Of a DNA stretch of 32,000 nt, positions 7,573 to 16,869 are shown piece by piece. The notes below the pieces were generated by a model, which saw only the letters and a list, made by a program, of their open reading frames with translations, had not been told where the DNA came from and did no database searches. The DNA lies in contig NZ_CP008796.1 of the NCBI RefSeq assembly GCF_000734015.1, positions 450,001-482,000 on the forward strand, in the 5' to 3' direction. Numbering within the stretch: position 1 is the first letter of the stretch; the number at the start of each line of letters is the position of its first letter. The translations under genes and the position numbers were made by a program. Source of the DNA: Thermodesulfobacterium commune DSM 2178 (GTDB taxonomy: Bacteria; Desulfobacterota; Thermodesulfobacteria; Thermodesulfobacteriales; Thermodesulfobacteriaceae).

Positions 7573-8526
7573 ATGGAAAATTTTTTAACTTTTGCGGTTT
7601 GTCATTGTCAAAAGGATAGGTCTTTAGTTTGGGAAGAACTTGTTGATGGAATTGTAAAGAAAACAGGGTTAAAGATCGAGCTAAAAATCTTCAGAGATCT
7701 GGAAGAGGAGCTTAGGTATTTAGATTCTTCTCTTCCGGACATCTATTTTGCCTCTTTTGTTAACAGTTGTGAGGCTGTAAATAAAAGTTTTGTTCCTGTA
7801 GCCAAGACGAAAGGGTTAGGGCATGCTAACTTTTGTTTAATAAGTAGAAAGGATTTTTCAGAGTTTAGTGGTAAAGAAAAAGAATTTTTCAAGTTAGGAC
7901 TTTTAAAAAAGCGTTGTTTGATAAATCTGCTTTTAGTCTTATATCAAGAGTTTCCCATCTCTTTAACCAGGATTTTGCCGATTTTTTTTCCCTCTCAAGA
8001 GGAGATTAAAAATTCTTTTTTAAAAAAACATATAGACCTGGCTTTATTCTCAGCAGATTTTTTAAAAACTAATCAAGAAATAATTAGATCTAACTTTTGG
8101 TTACCTATCTCTTACCATGATCTACATTTTTTTATGCTCAATCCAGGTTCTCCTTATTTTCTATGGTTAAAAGATTTTTTTCTAACTCCCTTTACCTTAA
8201 AGGGATTAGAGGTTGATCTTATCTCCCAAGAAGAACAGTTTATAAAAACCTTTGCCATATTACCAGAACTTTTGTCAAGTCTATGGGAAAAGGCCTTAAT
8301 CTATGAAACCTTTTATAAATCGCCATACTTAGGTATGTTAATCTACCGAGATGACCAGATTTTGTTGGCTAATGAATATGCCCTAAAACGACTAAACCAC
8401 GAACCTCAAGATTTAGAAGACTATAAAATGGAAGATCTCTTTTTCGAGGAAAAGATTAAAAAGTTGGTAAGAGAAAACATTAAAAAAAAGATGCACAGGA
8501 GAGTTTTTTTCCACCGTTTACAATGA
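7573..8526 (+). CDS. N-terminal fragment of a frameshifted multidomain c-di-GMP signalling protein (PBP/PhnD-like domain plus first half of a PAS domain)
   Basis: 317-aa ORF. The N-terminal ~230 aa resemble periplasmic-binding-protein-like sensor domains (low confidence). The last ~70 aa (SPYLGMLIYRDDQILLANEYALKRLNHEPQDLEDYKMEDLFFEE...) are the N-terminal half of a PAS fold, whose C-terminal half is encoded in the next ORF in the +1 frame. Confidence 0.7.
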   Translation: MENFLTFAVCHCQKDRSLVWEELVDGIVKKTGLKIELKIFRDLEEELRYLDSSLPDIYFASFVNSCEAVNKSFVPVAKTKGLGHANFCLISRKDFSEFSGKEKEFFKLGLLKKRCLINLLLVLYQEFPISLTRILPIFFPSQEEIKNSFLKKHIDLALFSADFLKTNQEIIRSNFWLPISYHDLHFFMLNPGSPYFLWLKDFFLTPFTLKGLEVDLISQEEQFIKTFAILPELLSSLWEKALIYETFYKSPYLGMLIYRDDQILLANEYALKRLNHEPQDLEDYKMEDLFFEEKIKKLVRENIKKKMHRRVFFHRLQ

Positions 8527-8527
8527 A

Positions 8528-10768
8528 GTGCCTGTAAAAACTAAACAAGGAAGAAAAAGGTGGTTTAACGTTTATGAAGATACCATAGTTTTTCAAGGGG
8601 ATTTTGCAGGTTTATCTTTAGTAATAGACATAACCTCAGAGGTAAGGCATAAAAAGTTCATCAAAGTTTTAAAAGAGATTAATCATTTACTGATAGAAAG
8701 TTATTCTGAAGGGGAGTTGTTTGATAAGGTTGTTAAAACCTTGGTCAAGGTATTGGAATTGAAAGGGGCTTGGATAGGAGAGGTAGATGAATTAACCAAA
8801 AAAGTTAAGCCTATTCTGTATTATCCAGAAACCCTAAGCTTTATAAATAGGCTTGATCCTTATCTTTTTTCTTTAGAAAATCAAACCCTCAGTTTTTATA
8901 AAGCTTTTCACGAAAAAAGAATAAACATAATACCTGATGTGGAAAAGTATCATCACCCTAAAGAAGTTTCTGAGATCTTAAAGGCTTTAAACGTACGATC
9001 GGTTTGCAGTGTTCCTATAATGAAAGGAAAACGGGTTTCTTATATCTTGGTGCTTTGGGCGGATGAGCCCAACTTTTTTACAGAAGAGTACTTTGAGCTG
9101 TTAGAAGAACTTAAAAACAACCTTTCTTTTGCCTTAAAAAAAATAGACTTGTTTTTAAGAATACAAATTTTTAACGACTTTATCAAACAAAGCGGAGACA
9201 TGTTAATCATTGCTGATGTAGACGGAAAGTTAGAATACTTAAATCCGGTTGCCTTCCATGAACTTGAGTTTGAGGAAGACCCTTTTGAAGTTAACATATT
9301 TAAGTTATTAGGTATTACCTCTGAAGAAATAAATCAGGTTTTAAAGGGTTTAAATACTATAAAAAAGATTATTTCTCTTTCTTCAACCAAAAAACGAAGT
9401 TTTTTAGAAATAAAATTAACTTTAGTTAAGTTTGCCGATTATAAGAAAGTTATCATCTTAGGTAAAAACCTCACCAAAGAAATAATTTTTGAAATAGAAA
9501 AGCAAAAGATGTTAACTCAGGACCTGCTTACAGGTTTGTTAAACTACCAGGGATTTGCTCAAAAAACAACCGACCTGTTGCAGGTGGTGAAAGAAGGTAT
9601 CCTTGTGTTGTTAGATATATACAACTTTTCTTACATAAACCATTTTTACGGACTTGAGGCAGGGGATAAAGTTTTGACAACCGTTGCTCAGAGGTTGAAA
9701 GAGTCTTTCCCTAATGCTTTAATCTCTCGTCCGGTAGGAGATAGTTTTTCATTATTTTTGATAGACTATGAAAAAAAAGATGTCTATAATTTGATTAAAA
9801 AAATTCAAGAAATTTTTACTTTACCTATTGAAGTAAAACAAGGAAAAAGGGGGTTTTTAGAGTTTCAAGGAGGGATTGTTTTTTATCCAGAAGATGGCAG
9901 TAGTTTTATTGAGATTTGGCGAAAAGCAAATGTGTTGTTGAGTGAGGTAAAGAAAAAAGGGCCTAACATCATAGAAATTTTTAATCCTTATGTAGAAAAA
10001 CACGTAGAAAACATATTTTTTGTAGAAAATCTGGTTAAAAAGGCTATTCAGGAACATCTCTTTGTTTTTTACTATCAACCTTATTTTACTTCTGACCTTG
10101 AGGTTGCAGGGCTTGAGGCCCTGGTTAGGATAAAAGCGGATGGAAAAGTTTTTAACCCAGGAGATTTTATAGATTACTTAGAAAACAGCCCTTACTTGAA
10201 AGATTTTGAAGAAATAAGTATAGATAAAAATTTAGAAACCTTGGTAAAAATTCAAAAACCTGTTTCAATCAACATCTCTTCTAAAAGTTTAGAAACTATG
10301 CACATTTTTGAAATACTCTCTAAAAAGGTAGACTTGTTAAAAAACATACCTTGTTGCTTGGGGATTGAAATCACAGAACATGCTTTAGCCACTAATTTAG
10401 AAAAAGCAAACAAACTTTTGAGAATGCTCAAGTTTTATCGAATCAACATATCGATAGATGATTTTGGGACAGGTTATTCCTCTTTACATTATCTAAAAGA
10501 TTTACCGATAGACTTTATAAAAATAGACCAAAGTTTTGTCAGAGATTTCTTAAGAGACAAGAAAACTTTTTTTATCTTAGAAACCATAATAAAACTGGCT
10601 AAAAAACTTAACATTAAAACCATAGCTGAAGGGGTGGAAAACAAAGAACAATTTGAGGTTTTAAAGGAGTTAGGTTGTGACTATTTTCAGGGATTTTTAT
10701 TTGCCAAACCTATGCCAGAAGAAGAATGTTTTGAATATTTAAAAAAGTTTAAAAAGCCTAACCTATGA
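8528..10768 (+). CDS. C-terminal fragment of the same gene: PAS(C-half)-GAF-PAS-GGDEF(degenerate VGDSF)-EAL
   Basis: 746-aa ORF. The GVKTKQGRKRWFNVYEDTIVF...VIDITSE stretch is a PAS beta-sheet. GAF-like segment (GAWIGEVD...VCSVPIM.G...ILVLWADEP). Second PAS (SGDMLIIADVDGKLEYLNPVAF). GGDEF fold with VGDSF in place of GGDEF. Intact EAL signatures (EALVRI, DDFGTGYSSL, KIDQSFV, IAEGVE, QGFLFAKP). The annotated GTG start has no SD. Confidence 0.8.
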   Translation: MPVKTKQGRKRWFNVYEDTIVFQGDFAGLSLVIDITSEVRHKKFIKVLKEINHLLIESYSEGELFDKVVKTLVKVLELKGAWIGEVDELTKKVKPILYYPETLSFINRLDPYLFSLENQTLSFYKAFHEKRINIIPDVEKYHHPKEVSEILKALNVRSVCSVPIMKGKRVSYILVLWADEPNFFTEEYFELLEELKNNLSFALKKIDLFLRIQIFNDFIKQSGDMLIIADVDGKLEYLNPVAFHELEFEEDPFEVNIFKLLGITSEEINQVLKGLNTIKKIISLSSTKKRSFLEIKLTLVKFADYKKVIILGKNLTKEIIFEIEKQKMLTQDLLTGLLNYQGFAQKTTDLLQVVKEGILVLLDIYNFSYINHFYGLEAGDKVLTTVAQRLKESFPNALISRPVGDSFSLFLIDYEKKDVYNLIKKIQEIFTLPIEVKQGKRGFLEFQGGIVFYPEDGSSFIEIWRKANVLLSEVKKKGPNIIEIFNPYVEKHVENIFFVENLVKKAIQEHLFVFYYQPYFTSDLEVAGLEALVRIKADGKVFNPGDFIDYLENSPYLKDFEEISIDKNLETLVKIQKPVSINISSKSLETMHIFEILSKKVDLLKNIPCCLGIEITEHALATNLEKANKLLRMLKFYRINISIDDFGTGYSSLHYLKDLPIDFIKIDQSFVRDFLRDKKTFFILETIIKLAKKLNIKTIAEGVENKEQFEVLKELGCDYFQGFLFAKPMPEEECFEYLKKFKKPNL

Positions 10769-12201
10769 AAAAAACCAAGATAGTAGCCACCATAGGTCCC
10801 AAGACCCAGAATCTTACATTGATAAAAAAATTGATAAAGGCTGGGGTTAATGTTTTTAGGTTAAATTTTTCTCACGGTGACCATGAATACCATAAGCAAA
10901 GTATAAAGCTTATAAGAAGGGCTTCGGCAGAGTTAAAACTTCCGGTAGGTATTTTACAAGACCTTTCAGGCCCTAAAATCCGAATAGGAGAGGTTAAAAA
11001 ACCCTTTTTAGTCCATGCAGGAGAGATTCTTGAACTACATAAAACCAAGATTTTGGGAGAAAAGACAGGAGATTGTTTTAAGGTTTCTGTAGAGTATCCC
11101 GAAATCCTTGAAGACCTAAAAGAGAAAGACCTTATCTATGTAGCAGACGGTTTAATTAAGTTGAGAGTGATTAAAGTTTTAGAGGATAGAGTTATTACTG
11201 AAGTATTGCAGGGAGGGGTTATTTCTTCTAAAAAAGGTCTTAATTTCCCTGGTGTTTCTCTTTCTATACCGGCTTTTACTCCCAAAGATAGAGAGGACCT
11301 TTTGTTCGGACTTCAGAATGAAATAGATTTTGTAGCCCTTTCCTTTGTGAATAGAAAAGAAGACGTTTTAGCTTGTAAAGAGGTGATAGAGAAATTTGGC
11401 AAGGGGCAACCTGTGTTTGCCAAGATAGAAACACAAACTGCTCTTGAAAACATAGAAGAAATTTTAGAGGTAGCTGACGGACTTATGGTTGCAAGGGGAG
11501 ACCTTGGGGTAGAGGTTCCTATCGAACGAGTTCCTGTTATACAAAAAGTATTGGTAGAAAAGGGTAGAAAATTGGGTAAACCGGTGATAATTGCTACTCA
11601 AATGCTAACCTCCATGATTGATTCTACCATGCCTACAAGAGCAGACGTTTCAGACATCGCCAATGCGGTTTTAGACGGGGCTGATGCTTTGATGCTTTCA
11701 GACGAGACAGCTATAGGCAACTTCCCTGTAGAGTGTGTAAAAATGATGGTTAAAATCATCAAAGAAGCTGAAAAGCTGTATCCTTATCTAAAAGAAACTT
11801 ATCAGGAAGTGTCCTCAGATTTTGCCATTGCCTATAGCAGTTGTGTTTTAGCTTCTGAGGTTAAAGCCAAAGCTATCGTGGTTTTTACTAAATCTGGCAG
11901 TTCTGCCATGCGGATAGCAAAGTTCAGGCCTAAGGAGTTGATTTTAGCCAATGTACATGATGAAGAAATCTTAAGACGTCTTACGGTAGTTTGGGGGGTT
12001 TATCCTTGTTTTGTGCTTTCTGAAGTAAAAACTATAGACAGTATGGTAAAAGAATTTTTGGTAAGGGCTTATCAGCAAAGGCTTATTAATAAAAAAGATA
12101 CGCTCGTTTTAACCATGGGATATCCTGTAGGAAAGGTTGGTTCTACCAACCTAATAAGGTTGATTAAACCAGACCAAATTCAAGCCCTCTTAGAAAGCTA
12201 A
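10765..12201 (+). CDS. pyk: Pyruvate kinase
   Basis: 478 aa. MKKTKIVATIGP, NFSHG, KIE, MVARGDLGVE and TQMLESM-like motifs (ATQMLTSM). The start overlaps the upstream stop (ATGA). Confidence 0.95.
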   Translation: MKKTKIVATIGPKTQNLTLIKKLIKAGVNVFRLNFSHGDHEYHKQSIKLIRRASAELKLPVGILQDLSGPKIRIGEVKKPFLVHAGEILELHKTKILGEKTGDCFKVSVEYPEILEDLKEKDLIYVADGLIKLRVIKVLEDRVITEVLQGGVISSKKGLNFPGVSLSIPAFTPKDREDLLFGLQNEIDFVALSFVNRKEDVLACKEVIEKFGKGQPVFAKIETQTALENIEEILEVADGLMVARGDLGVEVPIERVPVIQKVLVEKGRKLGKPVIIATQMLTSMIDSTMPTRADVSDIANAVLDGADALMLSDETAIGNFPVECVKMMVKIIKEAEKLYPYLKETYQEVSSDFAIAYSSCVLASEVKAKAIVVFTKSGSSAMRIAKFRPKELILANVHDEEILRRLTVVWGVYPCFVLSEVKTIDSMVKEFLVRAYQQRLINKKDTLVLTMGYPVGKVGSTNLIRLIKPDQIQALLES

Positions 12202-12208
12202 ATTTGTT

Positions 12209-13279
12209 ATGCCAGTTTTAACCTTCTCAAAAGTTTTAGAACTTGCCAAACAAAAACGGATTGCTCCGGTTTACATTTTTATAGGAGAGCCACAACTTTG
12301 TAAAGAAAAAGCAAAAGAAATCTATAATATTTTACAGGACAAAGGTTCTACCATAGAAGTTTATAACCTAAACGATAAAGAAGATAAAAAGACTTTTTCT
12401 AAGATAAAAGGATATCAGGAAGGACTTTTTGGTTTGAGAAAAGTTTATTTAATCTTAGGAGGAGAAAACATAGAACTTTCTAAAGAGGAAGAGATAATAA
12501 AAAGCTTAGAAAAAGAAACCTCTGTTTTTACCTGGTTTATCATAGCAGAAAAATTTGAGGAAAATAGACCTTTATATCAATTTGCCTTGCAAAAAGGGGC
12601 GATAGTCTTTTTTAACTTTAAAAAAGAGGAGGATTTCTTAGAAACAGAGCTTATCCTCAAACTTAAAGAAACTGGAAAAACTATGGACAGAAAAACCACC
12701 GAACTTTTTTTGTCCTTGGTAGGAAAAGATTATCATCATTTTTTAAATGAGCTTGATAAACTTTTGCTATATACTGAAGAAAGAGCTGTGATTACAGAAG
12801 AAGATGTATGGAGCGTAACCATCCCTCTCGAAGAGGAAGTGCTTTTTATGGTGGAAGAAAGTCTTTTTCAGTCTGGCCCAGAGAAAGCCTACAGGATAGT
12901 TGCACAACTTTTGGACCATAAAGAAGAACCTCATAGAATTTTAAGTTATCTGTATAAATCTTTTAAGATTTTTCAGATATTAGCAGAATTTTTGGAAAAA
13001 CACCCTGAATTGAAAAAAGAAGAAAGGTTTAGTCAATTTTCCAAAAAATGGGAGGAGATCAAAACCGACCCTATAGTAGAAATTCCTAAAGTGTTAACTG
13101 AACGGCATCCCTACCGAATCTTTAACCTTAAAAAGCATTTAGAAAAAATAAAAAATCTTCCTCAAGTGTTTGAGGAACTATATAAGGCAGACCTTTCTTT
13201 AAAAAGAGATTTTAAAAACCCTTATCAGGTTTTTAAAGAACTTTTCATCAACCTCTGGCAAAAGACCTTACAACCCTAA
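12209..13279 (+). CDS. holA: DNA polymerase III delta subunit
   Basis: 356 aa. PVYIFIGEPQL near the N-terminus and the GKDYHHFLNELDKLLLY....ITEEDV block match the HolA pattern. Confidence 0.7.
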   Translation: MPVLTFSKVLELAKQKRIAPVYIFIGEPQLCKEKAKEIYNILQDKGSTIEVYNLNDKEDKKTFSKIKGYQEGLFGLRKVYLILGGENIELSKEEEIIKSLEKETSVFTWFIIAEKFEENRPLYQFALQKGAIVFFNFKKEEDFLETELILKLKETGKTMDRKTTELFLSLVGKDYHHFLNELDKLLLYTEERAVITEEDVWSVTIPLEEEVLFMVEESLFQSGPEKAYRIVAQLLDHKEEPHRILSYLYKSFKIFQILAEFLEKHPELKKEERFSQFSKKWEEIKTDPIVEIPKVLTERHPYRIFNLKKHLEKIKNLPQVFEELYKADLSLKRDFKNPYQVFKELFINLWQKTLQP

Positions 13280-13284
13280 AGTTT

Positions 13285-14220
13285 TTAGATTGTTTCTAAA
13301 ATTTTCTTGATAACTTCTTCATTTTGAGTTAAAAACTCAATTTTTTGAGAGAATTCTTGACTATCTTTAACCTTAAAAATAAGTTCTATTTCTTTTTTTT
13401 CTAAGTAAGGAGATAGTTTTACGTTTATCTGTTTTTTTTGTAATTTCTCAATATAGGGTTTTAAAGTCATCATTTTTGCGGATAAGTTAGGGTAATAAAG
13501 CTCTTTTAGTCTTTCAAAAAAAGTTTTTCTTCTCTGGTTAAACTCCTCATAGTTTAAGGCATCTTTTAGCTCCTCAGGTAATAAGGAAGTTAACCTTAAA
13601 CGGCGCTTTAGGTCTAAAAGTTTTTCCAACACCTCTCGTTGTTCGCTAAAACTTAGATTGAGCCGAGTTATCACCAACAAAAACTCTTTTTTTTCTATTT
13701 CATTTAAAAATTTAAAAAATTGCAAAATATGAAGGTTTAGTTTATCATTAATGATTAAATTTTTAAATTCAATGTCTAATTTATTTATTTCAAGTAAAAT
13801 TTTAAGCCATATATTATTAGGAGGAAGATTAATTTTTTTCATCAGAATAAGGATTTCGTCTAAGGTGAAAAGAGGTATGGCTTTGTTTAGAAATTCAGCT
13901 TTTTCTACTAAATTCAGATTTCGGAAAAGATTGCTTTCTAAAGAAATAAGTAAGAGCTCTTTGGGAGAGAGTTTTTTTAAAACCAGAGCTTTAATCTCTT
14001 TAAATCCAATGGTTTTACAGGCTAAAACTCTACCTTCTCCGCAAATTATCTGAAAGGCTCCTTCTTTTGGAAGATAAAGGATAGGGGGTTGTAATAACCC
14101 CCAATTTTTGATACTTTCAATCAAAAAAATGTCTCTTTTAGGAAAAGAAAAAAGATAGGACCTATCTTCTGTCGACACAGAAGATAGGTCTATGGTTTTA
14201 CATGTTATTGGGCCTAACAC
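13285..14220 (-). CDS. ParB/Srx-like N-terminal domain protein of unknown function
   Basis: 311 aa. LLQPPILYLPKEGAFQIICGEGRVLACKTIGFKEIKALVL resembles the ParB N-terminal GxxRxxA box. The remainder is helical, Lys/Leu-rich and unassignable. The GTG start overlaps the purC stop by 1 nt (TAGTG). Confidence 0.5.
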   Translation of the reverse strand: MLGPITCKTIDLSSVSTEDRSYLFSFPKRDIFLIESIKNWGLLQPPILYLPKEGAFQIICGEGRVLACKTIGFKEIKALVLKKLSPKELLLISLESNLFRNLNLVEKAEFLNKAIPLFTLDEILILMKKINLPPNNIWLKILLEINKLDIEFKNLIINDKLNLHILQFFKFLNEIEKKEFLLVITRLNLSFSEQREVLEKLLDLKRRLRLTSLLPEELKDALNYEEFNQRRKTFFERLKELYYPNLSAKMMTLKPYIEKLQKKQINVKLSPYLEKKEIELIFKVKDSQEFSQKIEFLTQNEEVIKKILETI

Positions 14221-15110
14221 TACAAGGTCTTTCCTGTAAGCCTGTAGAGGGCTTCTAAATATTTTTCTCTGGTTTTTAACACGATGTCCTCAGGAATGGT
14301 AGGGGGATTTTGAGGATCCCAAGAAATAGATTTTAACCAATCTCTTATAAACTGTTTATCAAAACTTTTCTGAGGTTTCCCAGGTTGATACTCATCTTTG
14401 GGCCAGAAACGTGATGAATCTGGAGTTAAAACCTCATCTACCAAGATAATCTTATCTTCGTAAATACCAAACTCAAACTTGGTATCTGCTATGATAATCC
14501 CTCTGCTTTCTGCATACTCCGAGGCTTTTTTATAAATCTTTAAAGAGGTTTCTTTTAAAAATTGAGCGACCTCACTGCCTACTAATTTTTCCATTTCTTG
14601 ATAAGTGATGTTGACATCATGCTCTCCTATTTCTGCTTTGGTTGAGGGGGTAAAAATAGGTTCAGGTAGCTTATCAGCTTCTTTTAAGCCAGGTGGTAAA
14701 GGTATTCCACAAACTTGCCCTGTTTTTTGATATTCTTTCATGGCAGACCCGGTGATGTATCCCCGGACGATACATTCTACAGGTAAAACCTTAGCTTTTT
14801 TAACCAACATACTGCGTTGAGCTAATGTTTCTTTATATTCTTTTAAAACCTCAGGATACTCCTCGAGGTTTGCGGTAATAAGATGGTTGTCTACGATGTC
14901 TTTTAAAAAGTCAAACCAGAAAAGGCTCATCTGGGTTAAAATTTTACCTTTATATGGAATAGGAGTGGGAAGAACTACGTCAAAGGCTGAAATCCTGTCG
15001 GTAGCTACGATAAGAAGTTTATCCCCCAAGTCATAGATGTCTCTAACCTTTCCTCTTTTAAGAAAGGGGACTTTTTCCAAGTTAGTTTCCCAAACAAATT
15101 GGTTCATCAT
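14220..15110 (-). CDS. purC: Phosphoribosylaminoimidazole-succinocarboxamide (SAICAR) synthase
   Basis: 296 aa. GKVRDIYD......LIVATDRISAFDVVLP and ADTKFEFG motifs. Confidence 0.95.
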   Translation of the reverse strand: MMNQFVWETNLEKVPFLKRGKVRDIYDLGDKLLIVATDRISAFDVVLPTPIPYKGKILTQMSLFWFDFLKDIVDNHLITANLEEYPEVLKEYKETLAQRSMLVKKAKVLPVECIVRGYITGSAMKEYQKTGQVCGIPLPPGLKEADKLPEPIFTPSTKAEIGEHDVNITYQEMEKLVGSEVAQFLKETSLKIYKKASEYAESRGIIIADTKFEFGIYEDKIILVDEVLTPDSSRFWPKDEYQPGKPQKSFDKQFIRDWLKSISWDPQNPPTIPEDIVLKTREKYLEALYRLTGKTL

Positions 15111-15125
15111 TTTTTTCCTCCAGGA

Positions 15126-15479
15126 TTAAGTTATGGATTTAGCAAGTTTCCTTGTTCTTTTCTTAAATTTAGCCGCTAATTTTCTGTATCTTTCGTATTT
15201 TGTCCAGTCTTTATTATTTTTAGCCTCTTCAGCTAAGACCTTAAACTTTTTAACTTTAGCTTTGATTTCCCTCATAGAGGCACCAACTTTTTTAGGTTCT
15301 TCTTTTATACCATAAGCTTTTTTAAGAGCAGAAATAAGCTCTTCCTTGTTCATTCCGTGAACACCTGAAATTTCTGGTATCTGTAAGGCGATTTCCCTTA
15401 ATTCTTTGATGGTCATCTTCTCAAGTTTTTTATCCAACTTAGGAAGTTCTTTTTTTTCTTCCTCTTTTACCTCATCCAT
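15126..15479 (-). CDS. Small Lys/Glu-rich protein with Rho_N/SAP-like helix-extended-helix motif
   Basis: 117 aa. MTIKELREIALQIPEISGVHGMNKEELISALKKAYG resembles the Rho termination factor N-terminal (Rho_N) motif. The basic C-terminal tail is KFKKRTRKLAK. A good RBS (AAGGAGG) lies upstream. Confidence 0.45.
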   Translation of the reverse strand: MDEVKEEEKKELPKLDKKLEKMTIKELREIALQIPEISGVHGMNKEELISALKKAYGIKEEPKKVGASMREIKAKVKKFKVLAEEAKNNKDWTKYERYRKLAAKFKKRTRKLAKSIT

Positions 15480-15583
15480 AGTCTTTGACCTCCTTCTTGA
15501 GAGATAGTTTTAAACCATAAAATCTCTTTTAAGTTATCATAAAATTAAAAGAAATCAATAGAATAACCCAAGGGTCTCTTATC

Positions 15584-16864
15584 TTAAAATTCTTTTTCAA
15601 AATTTTCTAACACCTTGAAAACTTCGGCCACAAAATAAATAGACCCAGTAACCAGAATTTTGGAGGCAGGTTCGTTCAAGGCTACTCTTAGAGCTTCTTG
15701 TGGTGAGGGAAAAAAGTCAACTTCTTCTTGATTATAATTTGCAATAGCTTTCTTCCATTCAGAAAGGGTTACTATTTTTCTGTGGGAGGAAAATTCACAT
15801 AAAAAGGTTTTACGACTAATTTGGCTTAGCTTAAGAAACATATCTAAGAAAGGTTTTTGTCCGTCTTCATTGGTCACCCCAAAAATAACTAAAAATGATT
15901 TATCACACCCTTTAGCCAAAAGGTCCTTTACCAAGGCTTCTACCCCGTCAGGGTTATGGGCTACATCAATTAAAATTTCCTTTTCTCTTATTTTTATTTT
16001 TTCGTATCGCCCTTTCCATCTTACCTCTTTTAAAGCTTTTTTTACTGTCTCAGAGTCTATAGATAAGAGATTAAGGTTTTCAAGTATTTCGAGAGTTTTT
16101 AGTGCACAACCTAAGTTTTCTCCTTGATATTTTCCTGAAAGACTTAGAGAAAGATCTTTAAAGGTTTTTTCTCCGTAATAATTCCAGAGACCATGATCCT
16201 CGACTACAAAAAAATCTTTGTTTAAGAAATAACCTTTTGTTTTTAGCTGTGATAGTTTATGATAAAAAACTGGTAAAGCCTGAGGCTTAATGTTTCCAAA
16301 TACGCATGGCACCTTTCTCTTTATGATACCTGCTTTTTCATAGGCTATTTTTTCTAAAGTATTTCCTAAGTATTTGGTATGATCAAAACCTACGTTAGTA
16401 ATGATGGTTACTTTAGGAAAGACTACGTTTGTAGCATCAAGTCTTCCTCCCATACCACATTCAATTACCGCAAAATCTACTTCTGTTTGACTAAAATAAA
16501 GAAAAGCAACGGCAGTGGTAACCTCAAAAAAGGTTAGATTGAAAGCTTGAGCCAGAGGTTTTACCTTAGAAATTAGAGCTTCAAGGGTTTCATCTGGTAT
16601 GTCTTGTCCGTTTATCTTAAACCTTTCGTTAAGTTTAAAAAGATGAGGGGAGGTATAAAGCCCTACTTTAAATCCATGTTGTTTTAAAAGTTCGGTTAAG
16701 ATAGCAGCAGTTGACCCCTTACCGTTGGTGCCGGCAATATGTATAATTTTAAGTTTTCTTTGAGGATTTCCCAGTCTGGTTAAGACTTGAGTAATTCTTG
16801 CTAAACCAGGTTTTATCCGGTGAAATCCTAATTGATATAACCACTCTAAAGAAGAAGAAGACAT
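15584..16864 (-). CDS. folC: Bifunctional folylpolyglutamate synthase / dihydrofolate synthase
   Basis: 426 aa. IHIAGTNGKGST P-loop, Mur-ligase fold signatures (ECGMGGRLDATN, DVAHNP). Confidence 0.9.
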   Translation of the reverse strand: MSSSSLEWLYQLGFHRIKPGLARITQVLTRLGNPQRKLKIIHIAGTNGKGSTAAILTELLKQHGFKVGLYTSPHLFKLNERFKINGQDIPDETLEALISKVKPLAQAFNLTFFEVTTAVAFLYFSQTEVDFAVIECGMGGRLDATNVVFPKVTIITNVGFDHTKYLGNTLEKIAYEKAGIIKRKVPCVFGNIKPQALPVFYHKLSQLKTKGYFLNKDFFVVEDHGLWNYYGEKTFKDLSLSLSGKYQGENLGCALKTLEILENLNLLSIDSETVKKALKEVRWKGRYEKIKIREKEILIDVAHNPDGVEALVKDLLAKGCDKSFLVIFGVTNEDGQKPFLDMFLKLSQISRKTFLCEFSSHRKIVTLSEWKKAIANYNQEEVDFFPSPQEALRVALNEPASKILVTGSIYFVAEVFKVLENFEKEF

Positions 16865-16869
16865 AAACT

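Noticed and set aside
9040-10078. Minus-strand ORFs 9040-9297 and 9857-10078 inside the GAF-GGDEF-EAL gene
   Set aside because: Antisense to a well-supported multidomain gene, with Ser/Lys/Phe-rich nonsense-like translations.
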